From a bacterium (GTDB lineage: Bacteria > Zhuqueibacterota > Zhuqueibacteria > Residuimicrobiales > Krinioviventaceae), in assembly GCA_963675755.2 (NCBI GenBank), contig CAXXMD010000002.1, forward strand, positions 320,001 through 384,000: a stretch of 64,000 nucleotides of DNA. The letters run 5' to 3'. Each line of letters starts with the position of its first letter. The first letter of the stretch is position 1. Below are positions 29,346 to 39,320 of this stretch, one piece after another. Position numbers and translations under genes: made by a program. The notes below the pieces were generated by a model. The model had not been told where the DNA came from. It saw only the letters and a list, made by a program, of their open reading frames with translations, and did no database searches.

Positions 29346-32300
29346 ATGAAATTCCTTTGTCGCGATTCCAGAAATTGTCCCCGATTATTGATTTTTACTT
29401 TATTCTTGTTTTTTATCAGTGCTAATTTCTCATTGTTTGCTGCTGAATGGCAGGAAAAGTATAATTATGTTCAGACCCGTCAGCAATTTGAACAACCACC
29501 GTTATGGTATGCTCCGCATGCATTCTGGTTCTGGGATGATACTCTGGATGTTTCAGTAGCTGAATCAATGGCTGAAGAAATGACAACGCAGCATTTAAAT
29601 CCGGGTTATGCGCATCCACGTCATAGCGATGCTCCTGATAAACCTTATCCATCCTTACCCAAAGCAGAATGGCTATCTCCAAAATGGTTCGATTGTTTTT
29701 CCGCTGCGTTGACCAATGCTGAAAAGGCGGATATGACACTGGGTTATTGTGACGAGTACTGGTGGCCTAGTGGTCAGGCAGCTGGGCGGGTTTTGGAAAA
29801 ACATCCCGAGTTAGCTTCCCAATCCTTATCCTGGAAACGTCAGGTTTTTCAAGGCCCCAAAGATGTCAATTTGCCTGATAACAAGTTTACAGTTGCTGCT
29901 CAATTAAATGATAAAGATACAATTATTGCCAACACACTCCGGGTTATTGGAGAGGATGGTTCTTTTAACTGGAATGTTCCGACAGGTAAATGGGTAGTTT
30001 ATTCTTATTCAGTATTTCACCATCCTGGTGTAGACAATGGTCAGGTAAATTATTTGGATCCCAAATTGATGGATATGTTTATTCCCATTGCTCACGAGTC
30101 CTATGAAAAATATTTAAAAGATAAAATGGGTAATTCAATTCCCGGTGTGTTTGTTGATAATGAGGGCGATTATGGTTGGCAAATGGCATGGTCTGACTAT
30201 TTGCCTGTACGCTACATGGAAATGAAAAACCGAGATATTTGTTTGTGGATGCCTTTGCTTACAGAGGAGGATGAAAACGGTATTTGGGCAAAAGCAAGAT
30301 ATGACTGGTTTGATGTTGTGTCAGATATCTATTCCACACAATTTCTTGGCAGACTCAGCAATTGGTTAAATGATCGTGATATGTATTATATCTCTAATTT
30401 GTGGGAAGAAGATTTAATGCTTCAAACCCGTGCAGTTGGCGATTTTATGCGTTCACAGCGTGCGGTATCACTTCCTGGTAACGATTGTTTACAAATGAAA
30501 TCGCAACAGGTTCATGATTTCAAGGAAACCCAATCCGTTTGTGAGTTTGAAGATCGTCCTTTTATGAGCGAGTTGATGGGAGTAGCCGGTTGGGAGCAAA
30601 CACCGGTTCAAATGAAAAAGACTCTAAACGCAGTAACCGCTTGGGGTATAACCCATACGGTGCCTCATGGTATCAATTTGAATCGCAAAGTTGAAACCAT
30701 TCCTTATCCTGCTGACTGGTATACTGAAAATCCATATTGGCGTTATCTGCATCTTTGGACTGATTTTGCACGTCGTGCTTCATTTGTTAACCGGCAAGGA
30801 CAATTGGTTGCGGATATTTTGCTAGTAAATCCACTCGAAAGTGCTTGGGCATTATCTGAAGGATATTTTACCAGTCATGATGGTAAAGAATGGCCGGATA
30901 AAGTAATTGAAATAAATGATACCTATTCGGATGCGATGCAAGTCCTTTCAGATTCCCGTCTGGACTATTTGATTGCCGATAAATATTATTTAGAAAAGGC
31001 AACCATTACACAATCTGCGCAAAAAAGTGTTTCCCCGTTATTGAGTATTGCTGATCATGATTTTTCTGTTATTGTTTTACCGCCAATGTTTATTCTGTCT
31101 CAAACGTCAGCTCAAAAAATACTCGATTTTGCCAATAGTGGAGGAACGGTTGTTTTATTGGGTGATTTACCACAAGGATCTCCTGAGGTTGGTGCAAATG
31201 ATCCTGTTATTGTTTCCCAATTTGAGAAACTGGTTTCTTTGTCTTCTGTAATTGATTTGGCAAATGAACCGGAAAATATTAACCTGCTCCCCGCAAAAAT
31301 CAAGAATGTAATCACACCACAGGTTGAAATACAATCCGGTGATTTCCCATTATTGGTTTCTCATCGTAAAATAGGTGGTAAAGATTTTTATTGGATGGTG
31401 AACAGTACTGAACAGAAACAAAACTGTTCACTGTTATTAAGAGATGGTTCCGGTAAAGCAGAGATTTGGGATTGTGAAACGGGTGCTATACGTAATGTAT
31501 CTTCAAATATAATTAATAACCGGGTCAACGTTGATCTGATATTGCAACCGTATGAAGCATATTGGGTAGTTCTAGACCCTGCTGAAAAATTTGCCCAATT
31601 TGCTGAAAAAGAAATTGAGAAGAAAGAAATTAATCTTGGCAGCAATTGGTCAGTTTCGTTCCCTGAAACAGATTCGGTACTGGTAACATCCGCCAAGTCT
31701 TTTATTTCTCTAGATGTAAATAATTTACCGAATGTGCTGGAACCGGATTTTGATGATTCAAACTGGCGTAATCTTAATATCCTGGGTGAAACACGGTTTA
31801 TCGATACCTGGCGTGCAAAAATGTTATATATTCCATTTGCTGACACTAGACGTTATTATCGATATAACCTTGATTTAAAAGATGATGTGGAAAAATCACT
31901 CATCAATATAAATGCTGATAATAGTGTGCGTTTCTGGGTAAATGGAACTGCTATAGAACCCGGTATTCTTTCAAGCAGTATGAGGGATGCAGATATTCAT
32001 GATATTTCACCTTTTCTACAAAAGGGAAAAAATTGTATAGCAGTAGAAGCAACCAACCGACCCGGATTTGGTTGGATGTTATTTCAAGGACAAATTCTCT
32101 TGAAAAATGGGTCAATCATTGAAATTCTTTCAGATTCTACATGGAAGGAATCAGACAAAGAGATGCCAGGATGGCACACTCTGGATTTTAATGATGCGGC
32201 ATGGGGAAAACCCCTTGTGGCAAATGAATTGCAAATGTTAGAAATCTCAAAAATGCGGGATCCGCAAAAGTTGGTTCCTTCAACAGGCATTCTATGGTGG

Positions 32301-32882
32301 CGAATGGGAATACCTCCCGGTGCAAAAGCCTGCCGGCTCTATGGTTTGTCAAAAAAAGCTGAATTGTTTGTTGATGGTAAAAAAATTAAAGCCAAAAATA
32401 ATCTGGTTGCAATTCCCACTGATGCAAAGGTGCTGGTTGTTAAAAATTATATGGGTGAAAACGGTTTATCACAACCCGCTGTCTTTTATTGTGACAATTC
32501 CAGTAACCGACAACTTTGTTCATGGATTGATATGGGTTTAAGAAGATTTACCGGTTTTGTTGATTATGAGACAAGTTTTAATGTTGCTGAAAAAGATTCA
32601 ATATTGCAAATAGATCTGGGCAAAGTTTTGCATATGGCTGAAGTTTGGGTAAATGACGAAAAAGTTGGTGAACGCTTATGGCCGCCTTTTACATTTACAG
32701 TGAAAACGCCCATTAAACAGGGTAAAAATACACTATGCATAAGAGTTGGAAATTTAATGGTTAACGAAATGGGTCTAAAAGACGATCTGGGAAAACTTCG
32801 TACATGGGGATGGGTGGGCACACCGCCAGATTCCTGTTATGATGCCGGATTGTTCGGTCCTGTAAAATTGTATGTAGAATAA
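29346..32882 (+). CDS. Large GH106-like (alpha-L-rhamnosidase-like) glycosyl hydrolase
   Basis: HAFWFWDD, YCDEYWWPSGQAAG, GVFVDNEGD, NPYW; C-terminal jelly-roll DLGKVLHMAEVWVN..LWPPF..GLFGPV. Confidence 0.75.
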   Translation: MKFLCRDSRNCPRLLIFTLFLFFISANFSLFAAEWQEKYNYVQTRQQFEQPPLWYAPHAFWFWDDTLDVSVAESMAEEMTTQHLNPGYAHPRHSDAPDKPYPSLPKAEWLSPKWFDCFSAALTNAEKADMTLGYCDEYWWPSGQAAGRVLEKHPELASQSLSWKRQVFQGPKDVNLPDNKFTVAAQLNDKDTIIANTLRVIGEDGSFNWNVPTGKWVVYSYSVFHHPGVDNGQVNYLDPKLMDMFIPIAHESYEKYLKDKMGNSIPGVFVDNEGDYGWQMAWSDYLPVRYMEMKNRDICLWMPLLTEEDENGIWAKARYDWFDVVSDIYSTQFLGRLSNWLNDRDMYYISNLWEEDLMLQTRAVGDFMRSQRAVSLPGNDCLQMKSQQVHDFKETQSVCEFEDRPFMSELMGVAGWEQTPVQMKKTLNAVTAWGITHTVPHGINLNRKVETIPYPADWYTENPYWRYLHLWTDFARRASFVNRQGQLVADILLVNPLESAWALSEGYFTSHDGKEWPDKVIEINDTYSDAMQVLSDSRLDYLIADKYYLEKATITQSAQKSVSPLLSIADHDFSVIVLPPMFILSQTSAQKILDFANSGGTVVLLGDLPQGSPEVGANDPVIVSQFEKLVSLSSVIDLANEPENINLLPAKIKNVITPQVEIQSGDFPLLVSHRKIGGKDFYWMVNSTEQKQNCSLLLRDGSGKAEIWDCETGAIRNVSSNIINNRVNVDLILQPYEAYWVVLDPAEKFAQFAEKEIEKKEINLGSNWSVSFPETDSVLVTSAKSFISLDVNNLPNVLEPDFDDSNWRNLNILGETRFIDTWRAKMLYIPFADTRRYYRYNLDLKDDVEKSLININADNSVRFWVNGTAIEPGILSSSMRDADIHDISPFLQKGKNCIAVEATNRPGFGWMLFQGQILLKNGSIIEILSDSTWKESDKEMPGWHTLDFNDAAWGKPLVANELQMLEISKMRDPQKLVPSTGILWWRMGIPPGAKACRLYGLSKKAELFVDGKKIKAKNNLVAIPTDAKVLVVKNYMGENGLSQPAVFYCDNSSNRQLCSWIDMGLRRFTGFVDYETSFNVAEKDSILQIDLGKVLHMAEVWVNDEKVGERLWPPFTFTVKTPIKQGKNTLCIRVGNLMVNEMGLKDDLGKLRTWGWVGTPPDSCYDAGLFGPVKLYVE

Positions 32883-32888
32883 TTTTTT

Positions 32889-32922
32889 AAAACCCGGATT
32901 CATTTCCGGGTTTTCTTTTTTT
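32889..32922 (+). terminator. Rho-independent terminator
   Basis: AAAACCCGGA-ttcatt-TCCGGGTTTT plus T-rich tail. Confidence 0.8.
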
Positions 32923-33268
32923 AATATTATTATAACAGATTAAATTGTTAAAATTTTTACTGTATTGATTTTTTATTTGACAGTATTGTTAAAATTGTAT
33001 ACATTGTTTTATACTTTGGGGCGCATCCAATGCTGAAAATTCAATATGCTTATTATGACTGCTACTTCGACCAAAAGTAATTTGTTTTAATTTTGATAAT
33101 TCATTACAAATTTGCAGTATAATATAAATATTAATTCTATCAGTTAGATTTTTAAATTTATTACAATAAAACATAAATCATTATTTACGATTAACAGATA
33201 TTCTGTCATTGGGTTAATCTTGAATGATGTATAATCTTTTTCATTCAATTGTAAAATTTGAGGTGATC

Positions 33269-35005
33269 ATGAAAAAAATTATCATCTATTTGCTATTCCT
33301 TTTTGTTACCACATTTGCTCAAACAGCTATCAAACCTCAACTTTTGATAATGGATTTTGATTTAACTGATGTAAAGCAATCAGATTTTTCTAAAATTGAT
33401 GAGATTTTCATCACTGAATTGCAGAATACAGAACGCTTTGATGTTATGTCTGTTCACGATAGATCTAGTATTCTGCAACAAAATGGAATTAGTCCTTCAA
33501 CAATATGTAATGATACTGACTGTTTTGTAAATGTGGGCAAAATTGTTCAGGCAGAACGTGTAATTGGTGCAGCGATCAAAAAGGATAAAGAGAATTTTGA
33601 ACTCACTGTTAAAATGATAGATGTTGAAAATTCAAAAGTTATGATGAAAAGTTCTGTTGATTTTAATAATCCTGATAAATCTATGCTGGATTACGAATTG
33701 AAAAAAATTGCCAGAGAAATGGCAGGATTAACAGATTGGCAATTACCCACCGGAGGAGCTGTTGATACTGAAATTAAAGGCAAGGGAACATTGTATTTAA
33801 ATTCAAATCCATCTCAGGCCAGTATCTACATTGATGGTAAAGATACATCATTAAAAACCCCGGCTACTGTCAAAGATTTACAGGCAGGTGCACATTTTAT
33901 CCGCATTGAAAAAGAGTCTTTTTCCGCATCTATTCCCATTTACCTGCAAGCGGATGAATTTAAGAAAATTGGACTGCAACTGGATGAAATAAAACCCAGT
34001 TTGAAAATTCTTACCAAACCCGCAGAAGCAGAGGTGTTTATTGATAATGAAGACCATGATGTTTCTCCTCTTTTAGCCAGCAGGCTCGATGCCGGTGAGC
34101 ATTTGATAAGAATTCGTAAGCAAGGTTATGTTGATTATATCAGCACTGTGACCGTTTCCGGTGAATTTATTAATGATTTGATTATAGATTTGCAAAAGTG
34201 GAGTTCTTTTTCAGTATTGTCAGAACCCGCTGATGCGGATGTGTATATTGATGATCTTTATCTTGATAAATCACCTGTAAATGACAAATTGATTACTCCG
34301 GGAAAACATTTGATCACGATCAAAAAGAAAGGATTTAAAAGTTATTATCAATATATAAATGTAGAGCCCGGTAAATCAACACTGGTTAAATCAAAATTGG
34401 AAAGTATCTCTCAACCTGAAAAAAAAGTTGAAACAAGCTCTGCTGCACCTGCGCCCGAAAGGAAAACGCAGACAGTTGATTCTCAACGTTCAAAACAGCA
34501 AGATATGCCGTTAACAGATAACGCAACTGATTCAATACAATCTGTTTCTCCCAAAACAACCAAAGGTGCAGTCTTGCGCTCAACTTTAGTACCCGGATTG
34601 GGTCAACATTATTCAGGTTACAATAAACGGTCTATCATATATCCGGCTTTGGAACTTTTAATGATAGGGGGGATAGCGTGGGCCAATAGTCAATACAATA
34701 CAACAATTGATGATTATGATGTTATCAAGATAGATTATTTGAATTCAGTTTCAGATGAGCAAATTAATTTAAATCGAGATCTCATGTTGTCTACATTTGA
34801 TGATATAGAAAGTTATGAAAACCAGCGCAACTATTTTATCATTGCAGCAGTTGGAGTTTGGATTGTAAATATTCTGGATGCTGCTTTTTTTGAACCCAAG
34901 CCTGAAAGCAATACCTCAATGGGGATAATGAACAATTCTGAACCCCAAATATGTCTTTCGCTAAATAAAGAATATGCTCAAATTGGTTTTTCATTACATT
35001 TTTAA
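33269..35005 (+). CDS. PEGA-repeat protein with C-terminal DUF5683-like membrane/OM region
   Basis: Signal peptide; three PEGA repeats (SNPSQASIYIDG, TKPAEAEVFIDN, SEPADADVYIDD); RSTLVPGLGQHY; WIVNILDA; terminal Phe. Confidence 0.8.
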   Translation: MKKIIIYLLFLFVTTFAQTAIKPQLLIMDFDLTDVKQSDFSKIDEIFITELQNTERFDVMSVHDRSSILQQNGISPSTICNDTDCFVNVGKIVQAERVIGAAIKKDKENFELTVKMIDVENSKVMMKSSVDFNNPDKSMLDYELKKIAREMAGLTDWQLPTGGAVDTEIKGKGTLYLNSNPSQASIYIDGKDTSLKTPATVKDLQAGAHFIRIEKESFSASIPIYLQADEFKKIGLQLDEIKPSLKILTKPAEAEVFIDNEDHDVSPLLASRLDAGEHLIRIRKQGYVDYISTVTVSGEFINDLIIDLQKWSSFSVLSEPADADVYIDDLYLDKSPVNDKLITPGKHLITIKKKGFKSYYQYINVEPGKSTLVKSKLESISQPEKKVETSSAAPAPERKTQTVDSQRSKQQDMPLTDNATDSIQSVSPKTTKGAVLRSTLVPGLGQHYSGYNKRSIIYPALELLMIGGIAWANSQYNTTIDDYDVIKIDYLNSVSDEQINLNRDLMLSTFDDIESYENQRNYFIIAAVGVWIVNILDAAFFEPKPESNTSMGIMNNSEPQICLSLNKEYAQIGFSLHF

Positions 35006-35031
35006 TATGTTCAGATAAAAAGGGTGGAAAA

Positions 35032-36876
35032 ATGAATAGAAAAATTGTTGTTATACTATTTTCCTTTATTATCGTTTTTACGAGTTGCAAAGACAAACCC
35101 ACCGAACCGGATATGCTGAATCCCCTGGATACTCAAAATAAACAAACTGCTGGTGACCCATTCGGTCTTGCCGTTTCTATTGGTAATGGAGGCGTATTGC
35201 TGGTATGGGAAAAAGTAGACGTTAACATTATTACAAATTATAATATTTATCGATCTGCTGAATCCAATACTGGATATCTAAAAATAGGCCAAGTGACCTT
35301 TGAAAGTACAACGTTTACTGATACTACAGTTCAGAATGGTAACAGCTATTGGTATAGAGTTTCCGCTCTTGATGAGAATGAACAGGAAAGTAATTACACT
35401 AATGTTGCGTCTATCCGTATCAACACTGAGCCGGTAATTGATATCAATAATGGAAACAAATATATTACAACGGGTAATATGAATCTCACCATACTTGCCA
35501 TGAACGCGAAACAAATGTGGATTTCGAATAACAAGGATTTTTTAGATGGTGAATGGGAAGCGTATTCTACCCGGAAAAGCTGGTCTACTAGTGAATTTGA
35601 TGGTGAGAAAATTGTGTATTTAAAAGTGAGATATGATAATGATGAAATATCTACAACATCTTGTGATACGGTTTATTATGACACAACTCTACCCGTTGCT
35701 TCATTTACTATTTCTCCCGAGATGGGCGTCTATACTGAAACTCCATTTCAATTTGATGCTGCTCCAACCACAGATAACATTACCCTGGATGAGGATATGA
35801 ATTATCGTTGGGATTGGGACAATGATGGTGTTTTTGATACAGGTTGGACCCATGATGAAATAACCTATCATAATTTTGATATAGGTGGTGGATATACTAG
35901 TGTAAAATTACAAGTGATGGACGGTGCCGGCTGGCAGGCTGATTTTGTGGATTCAGTATATGTAAACACTGCACCGGTTGCCAAATTTGATTGGGATTAT
36001 GATAATGACAATGTTAAATTGGTTCATTTTGATGCTTCAAAATCCACCGATTTGGAGGACGGGGAAGAATTGCAATACCGTTGGGATTGGGAAGGGGATG
36101 GTATTTGGGATACAGAGTTTATATCTTTACCCGAAATTTCTCATGAATTTGGTGAATCCAATGATACGGTTTCGGTTGTACTGCAAGTTCAGGATTTGCA
36201 TCAAGGAACAAGCACTAGAGTAAATTATTTTGATTTTTTAAACGCAATTGTATTTGATACTGATGGAAATGTTTACAAAGTTGTTTGTATAGGCAACCAG
36301 TGGTGGACAGTTCAAAATCTTAGAACGACCCATTATCGAAATGGTGAGCCAATAGAAGAAGTGACTAATAATGCTGAATGGACAACCCTGACTCGCAGTG
36401 CGTTTTGCGCTTTTAGTAATTACCATCCTTTTGCAGAGGAATATGGTATGCTATATAACGCTTATGCCATTGAAGACAGTCGGAATCTGGCACCCGAGGG
36501 CTGGCATGTTGCTACAGATGAGGATTGGAAAGAGCTTGAAATGTTTGCCGGTATGAGTAAAGAAGATGCGGATTATTATGGGCCTGTACGCGGAACGACT
36601 GAAGGCGCAAAACTCAAAGAAGATGGCTGGGACCATTGGGAATCACCCAATACCAATGCTACCAATGAATTTGGCTTTACAGCGCTTCCTGCGGGATACC
36701 GTGATTATGAGTCTGGATTTTGTGTTTACATGTCAAGAAAAACCTATTTCTGGTGTGCCGAAAATTCAACGGAAACACATGCAATTATGCGAAAGATGAA
36801 TTATTATGCTACCTTTATTTATCGGAATTTGTATGATAAAAGATTTGGTGCTTCTGTAAGGCTGGTTAAAGATTGA
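35032..36876 (+). CDS. FISUMP-domain lipoprotein with Fn3 and two PKD-like domains
   Basis: Lipobox FTSC; Fn3 (YNIYRS..FTD..YWYRVSA); 2x YRWDWxxDGxxDT; DTDGNVYKVVCIGNQWWTVQNL, YGMLYN, PEGWHV, GFTALPAGYR, GASVRLVKD. Confidence 0.88.
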   Translation: MNRKIVVILFSFIIVFTSCKDKPTEPDMLNPLDTQNKQTAGDPFGLAVSIGNGGVLLVWEKVDVNIITNYNIYRSAESNTGYLKIGQVTFESTTFTDTTVQNGNSYWYRVSALDENEQESNYTNVASIRINTEPVIDINNGNKYITTGNMNLTILAMNAKQMWISNNKDFLDGEWEAYSTRKSWSTSEFDGEKIVYLKVRYDNDEISTTSCDTVYYDTTLPVASFTISPEMGVYTETPFQFDAAPTTDNITLDEDMNYRWDWDNDGVFDTGWTHDEITYHNFDIGGGYTSVKLQVMDGAGWQADFVDSVYVNTAPVAKFDWDYDNDNVKLVHFDASKSTDLEDGEELQYRWDWEGDGIWDTEFISLPEISHEFGESNDTVSVVLQVQDLHQGTSTRVNYFDFLNAIVFDTDGNVYKVVCIGNQWWTVQNLRTTHYRNGEPIEEVTNNAEWTTLTRSAFCAFSNYHPFAEEYGMLYNAYAIEDSRNLAPEGWHVATDEDWKELEMFAGMSKEDADYYGPVRGTTEGAKLKEDGWDHWESPNTNATNEFGFTALPAGYRDYESGFCVYMSRKTYFWCAENSTETHAIMRKMNYYATFIYRNLYDKRFGASVRLVKD

Positions 36877-36927
36877 TATATATCCCATGTATCGTCAAGC
36901 GTTAGTTGATGATACATGGGATTATTA

Positions 36928-39054
36928 TCATTTTTCAATGAGAATGAATTTTGCTTCGTTTGCGTCAAACCGCATTTTAATTTCTGATATATTTTCAGAT
37001 TTTTCAGTCGCTGATATTGTTTTTGTTACTCCACTTAAAATATTCAACTCTTTAATCGTTCCACTACCTTTTAAACTTGCCTGACAGGTAATGGATTTTT
37101 TCCCTTCATTAAAGAAAAAATACAACTCACCATCAGGAAACGTTCGGTGCATGTAAGAAAGTTCAGGTTTATTGCTGTCCAGTGATACGTCCGCATGAGG
37201 AAGTTTTTTTATTTGTTCCCGGGTAAATTCATGCGTCAGGTAATCTTGCATCCAGTTAGACGGGGCCGGTGCTGATGCCTGCATAAAGGATTTATCAATA
37301 ATTAATTCAGGTGTCTTGTTCAAAAAGATTAATGTACCTCCTGATTCCGCAAATACTTTTAATCGCTCAAACGATGTTTTGGAAATTGCAGTAACTCCGG
37401 GGATGATAAAAGTTGAATACGCTTGCCCGCTCGAGTTTATTAATTTTCCATCTTGCAAAGTTAATAACGAGCTTAATGCCTGATCATCAACAATATCATA
37501 GTCGCGCTGATTGCTTACGAGTTTGCGAGCAGTGTCCCACAATATATCGTTTGCACCCCAGTCTTCCAGCCAGTAACTCTGCGTGGGGAAATAAATCCCA
37601 ATGTTTGCCGTCGGTCGTCCTTGGGATAATAAATAGGATGCCGCGTTTGTGTATTGCATCACTTGCGGGAATTGTTCTTCTGCCATATAGCCCCGTATGT
37701 TAACCTGACCTTTTGAAGAGGCTCCATAAAACATGAATTCAAACAGATTTATCCCCCGAACCAGTTGATAGTTTACACCCCACAATACCTGGTCACAATT
37801 GGGACGGGGATTATATGCCGCGTAACTTTCGCTGAGTGCCCTGGGTCTGCCATACAAGTGAGAGGCAGAGGAAGCCAGCTTTACAAAATCTGCTACAGTG
37901 CCTGGCCATACCTGGTTCCAGATTGCATCTACACCCGGTATCTGTACCTTGCGCATGGGTCTGAAAAAATCACCCGTAGACCTAAACAGCTTGGGGAGAA
38001 CATGTTCATTGTTCAAATGGGTCATGTATTCTACATTATTACGGGCACACCAGTCCGCCTGCATCCCGAAAAAGTGATTTCCAAAAAGCTCTGACCATAC
38101 ATCCCAATAATCTGCTTTGGCGCGTTTTTCTTTTTCTGATTGGACTGGCGCAAAGAATGATGCCAGATAAGATTTTACATCGAATCCCTTTTTGTTTATA
38201 AATGTATCCAGCATACCTGTTGTCCAGGGAATGTAGCCAAAATCCGGTTCATCTCCTCTGAATCCCAGAACGGTTTCCCCAAACTCGTCGCCAATGAAAT
38301 TTTTATATCCTTCATGGGTCCAATTGATGAATTGAGATACTGCCTGGGGATCCAGTAAATTCCCCATCGAGTTTTTTCTTGTCTTGGCACCTGTAGAATC
38401 GTTCACGGCACGGGTAACCGGCGTTCTGAATTGGTGATCGATAATACGAATTTCCCACTGCCCGGATGGCGCCTGCCAGTGCAGTTTGTTGTTTTTGGTA
38501 TCCAGTATTATACTGGTTTCATTGTCAAGGTTCACTGCAACAGCACCCACTACATTGTCTGCCAGGTTTTTGTCTATACTCTGATTTCCGGTCAATTCGA
38601 ATTTTTCTGCAATCCCTAATCCCTGCATACGTAGATCCGGACGCTCCTGGCTGAATTTGCCACCCGCAAATCCGCTGGGATATTTGCCCTCATCAATGAT
38701 CCATACGCGCATATTCCGCTTTTTGGCTTCATCCACTGCATACCGTATCATTGCAAACCATTCATCAGACAGATAAGGCGCATTGTCCATGCGATACCCT
38801 GCTTCAATAGTTACGGTGCGGAATCCTCTTTTATAAAGCGCATCCAGATCTCGCTCAATAACCTTGTGAGACATGGGCCCATCCCAGCCCCAGGTTACGG
38901 TGGCGCAATATTCGGATGGAGGTCCCTGCGCTTGTTTTACAGCATCATTTAATTTAATATCTGACAAATGCTGCCAGGAACGATCAGCATTGCAGGAGAA
39001 AATTAACAGAGTGATTATCAATAATTGGAAGGATAGAATTATTCGGGGTTTCAT
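36928..39054 (-). CDS. GH106-like glycosyl hydrolase, lipoprotein
   Basis: Lipobox IFSC; TWGWDG, PYLSDEWF, WIIDEGKYPSGFAGG, GFRGDEPD, PGVDAI, KLASSASHLYGR, SESYA. Confidence 0.78.
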   Translation of the reverse strand: MKPRIILSFQLLIITLLIFSCNADRSWQHLSDIKLNDAVKQAQGPPSEYCATVTWGWDGPMSHKVIERDLDALYKRGFRTVTIEAGYRMDNAPYLSDEWFAMIRYAVDEAKKRNMRVWIIDEGKYPSGFAGGKFSQERPDLRMQGLGIAEKFELTGNQSIDKNLADNVVGAVAVNLDNETSIILDTKNNKLHWQAPSGQWEIRIIDHQFRTPVTRAVNDSTGAKTRKNSMGNLLDPQAVSQFINWTHEGYKNFIGDEFGETVLGFRGDEPDFGYIPWTTGMLDTFINKKGFDVKSYLASFFAPVQSEKEKRAKADYWDVWSELFGNHFFGMQADWCARNNVEYMTHLNNEHVLPKLFRSTGDFFRPMRKVQIPGVDAIWNQVWPGTVADFVKLASSASHLYGRPRALSESYAAYNPRPNCDQVLWGVNYQLVRGINLFEFMFYGASSKGQVNIRGYMAEEQFPQVMQYTNAASYLLSQGRPTANIGIYFPTQSYWLEDWGANDILWDTARKLVSNQRDYDIVDDQALSSLLTLQDGKLINSSGQAYSTFIIPGVTAISKTSFERLKVFAESGGTLIFLNKTPELIIDKSFMQASAPAPSNWMQDYLTHEFTREQIKKLPHADVSLDSNKPELSYMHRTFPDGELYFFFNEGKKSITCQASLKGSGTIKELNILSGVTKTISATEKSENISEIKMRFDANEAKFILIEK

Positions 39055-39320
39055 TTTTACTCCTTGATTGTTACACTAATAATATCAAAATTATAAAATC
39101 AAAACAATGAAAATTTTAAACACATATATTACCTCGGAATTTGAATAGTTTCAATTCCATTCTTAAACTATATACAGAACATCAGAGTTTTCTTTGTAAT
39201 ACGATTACAGCCTGGCTATTCTTTAATTAAAATATGTTTGATTCCCAGGGGAATTCATATATATTCTAATACAAAAAAATCAAATATTTGTTTGTTCTCA
39301 AATCAGAAAGCTGGTATATC

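Noticed and set aside
32923-33268. Long AT-rich intergenic region as a riboswitch or small gene
   Set aside because: No conserved riboswitch motif, stable structure or convincing RBS-led ORF seen
36700-36876. FISUMP C-terminus as a diversity-generating retroelement variable region
   Set aside because: No reverse transcriptase and no adenine-variant template repeat seen in the window
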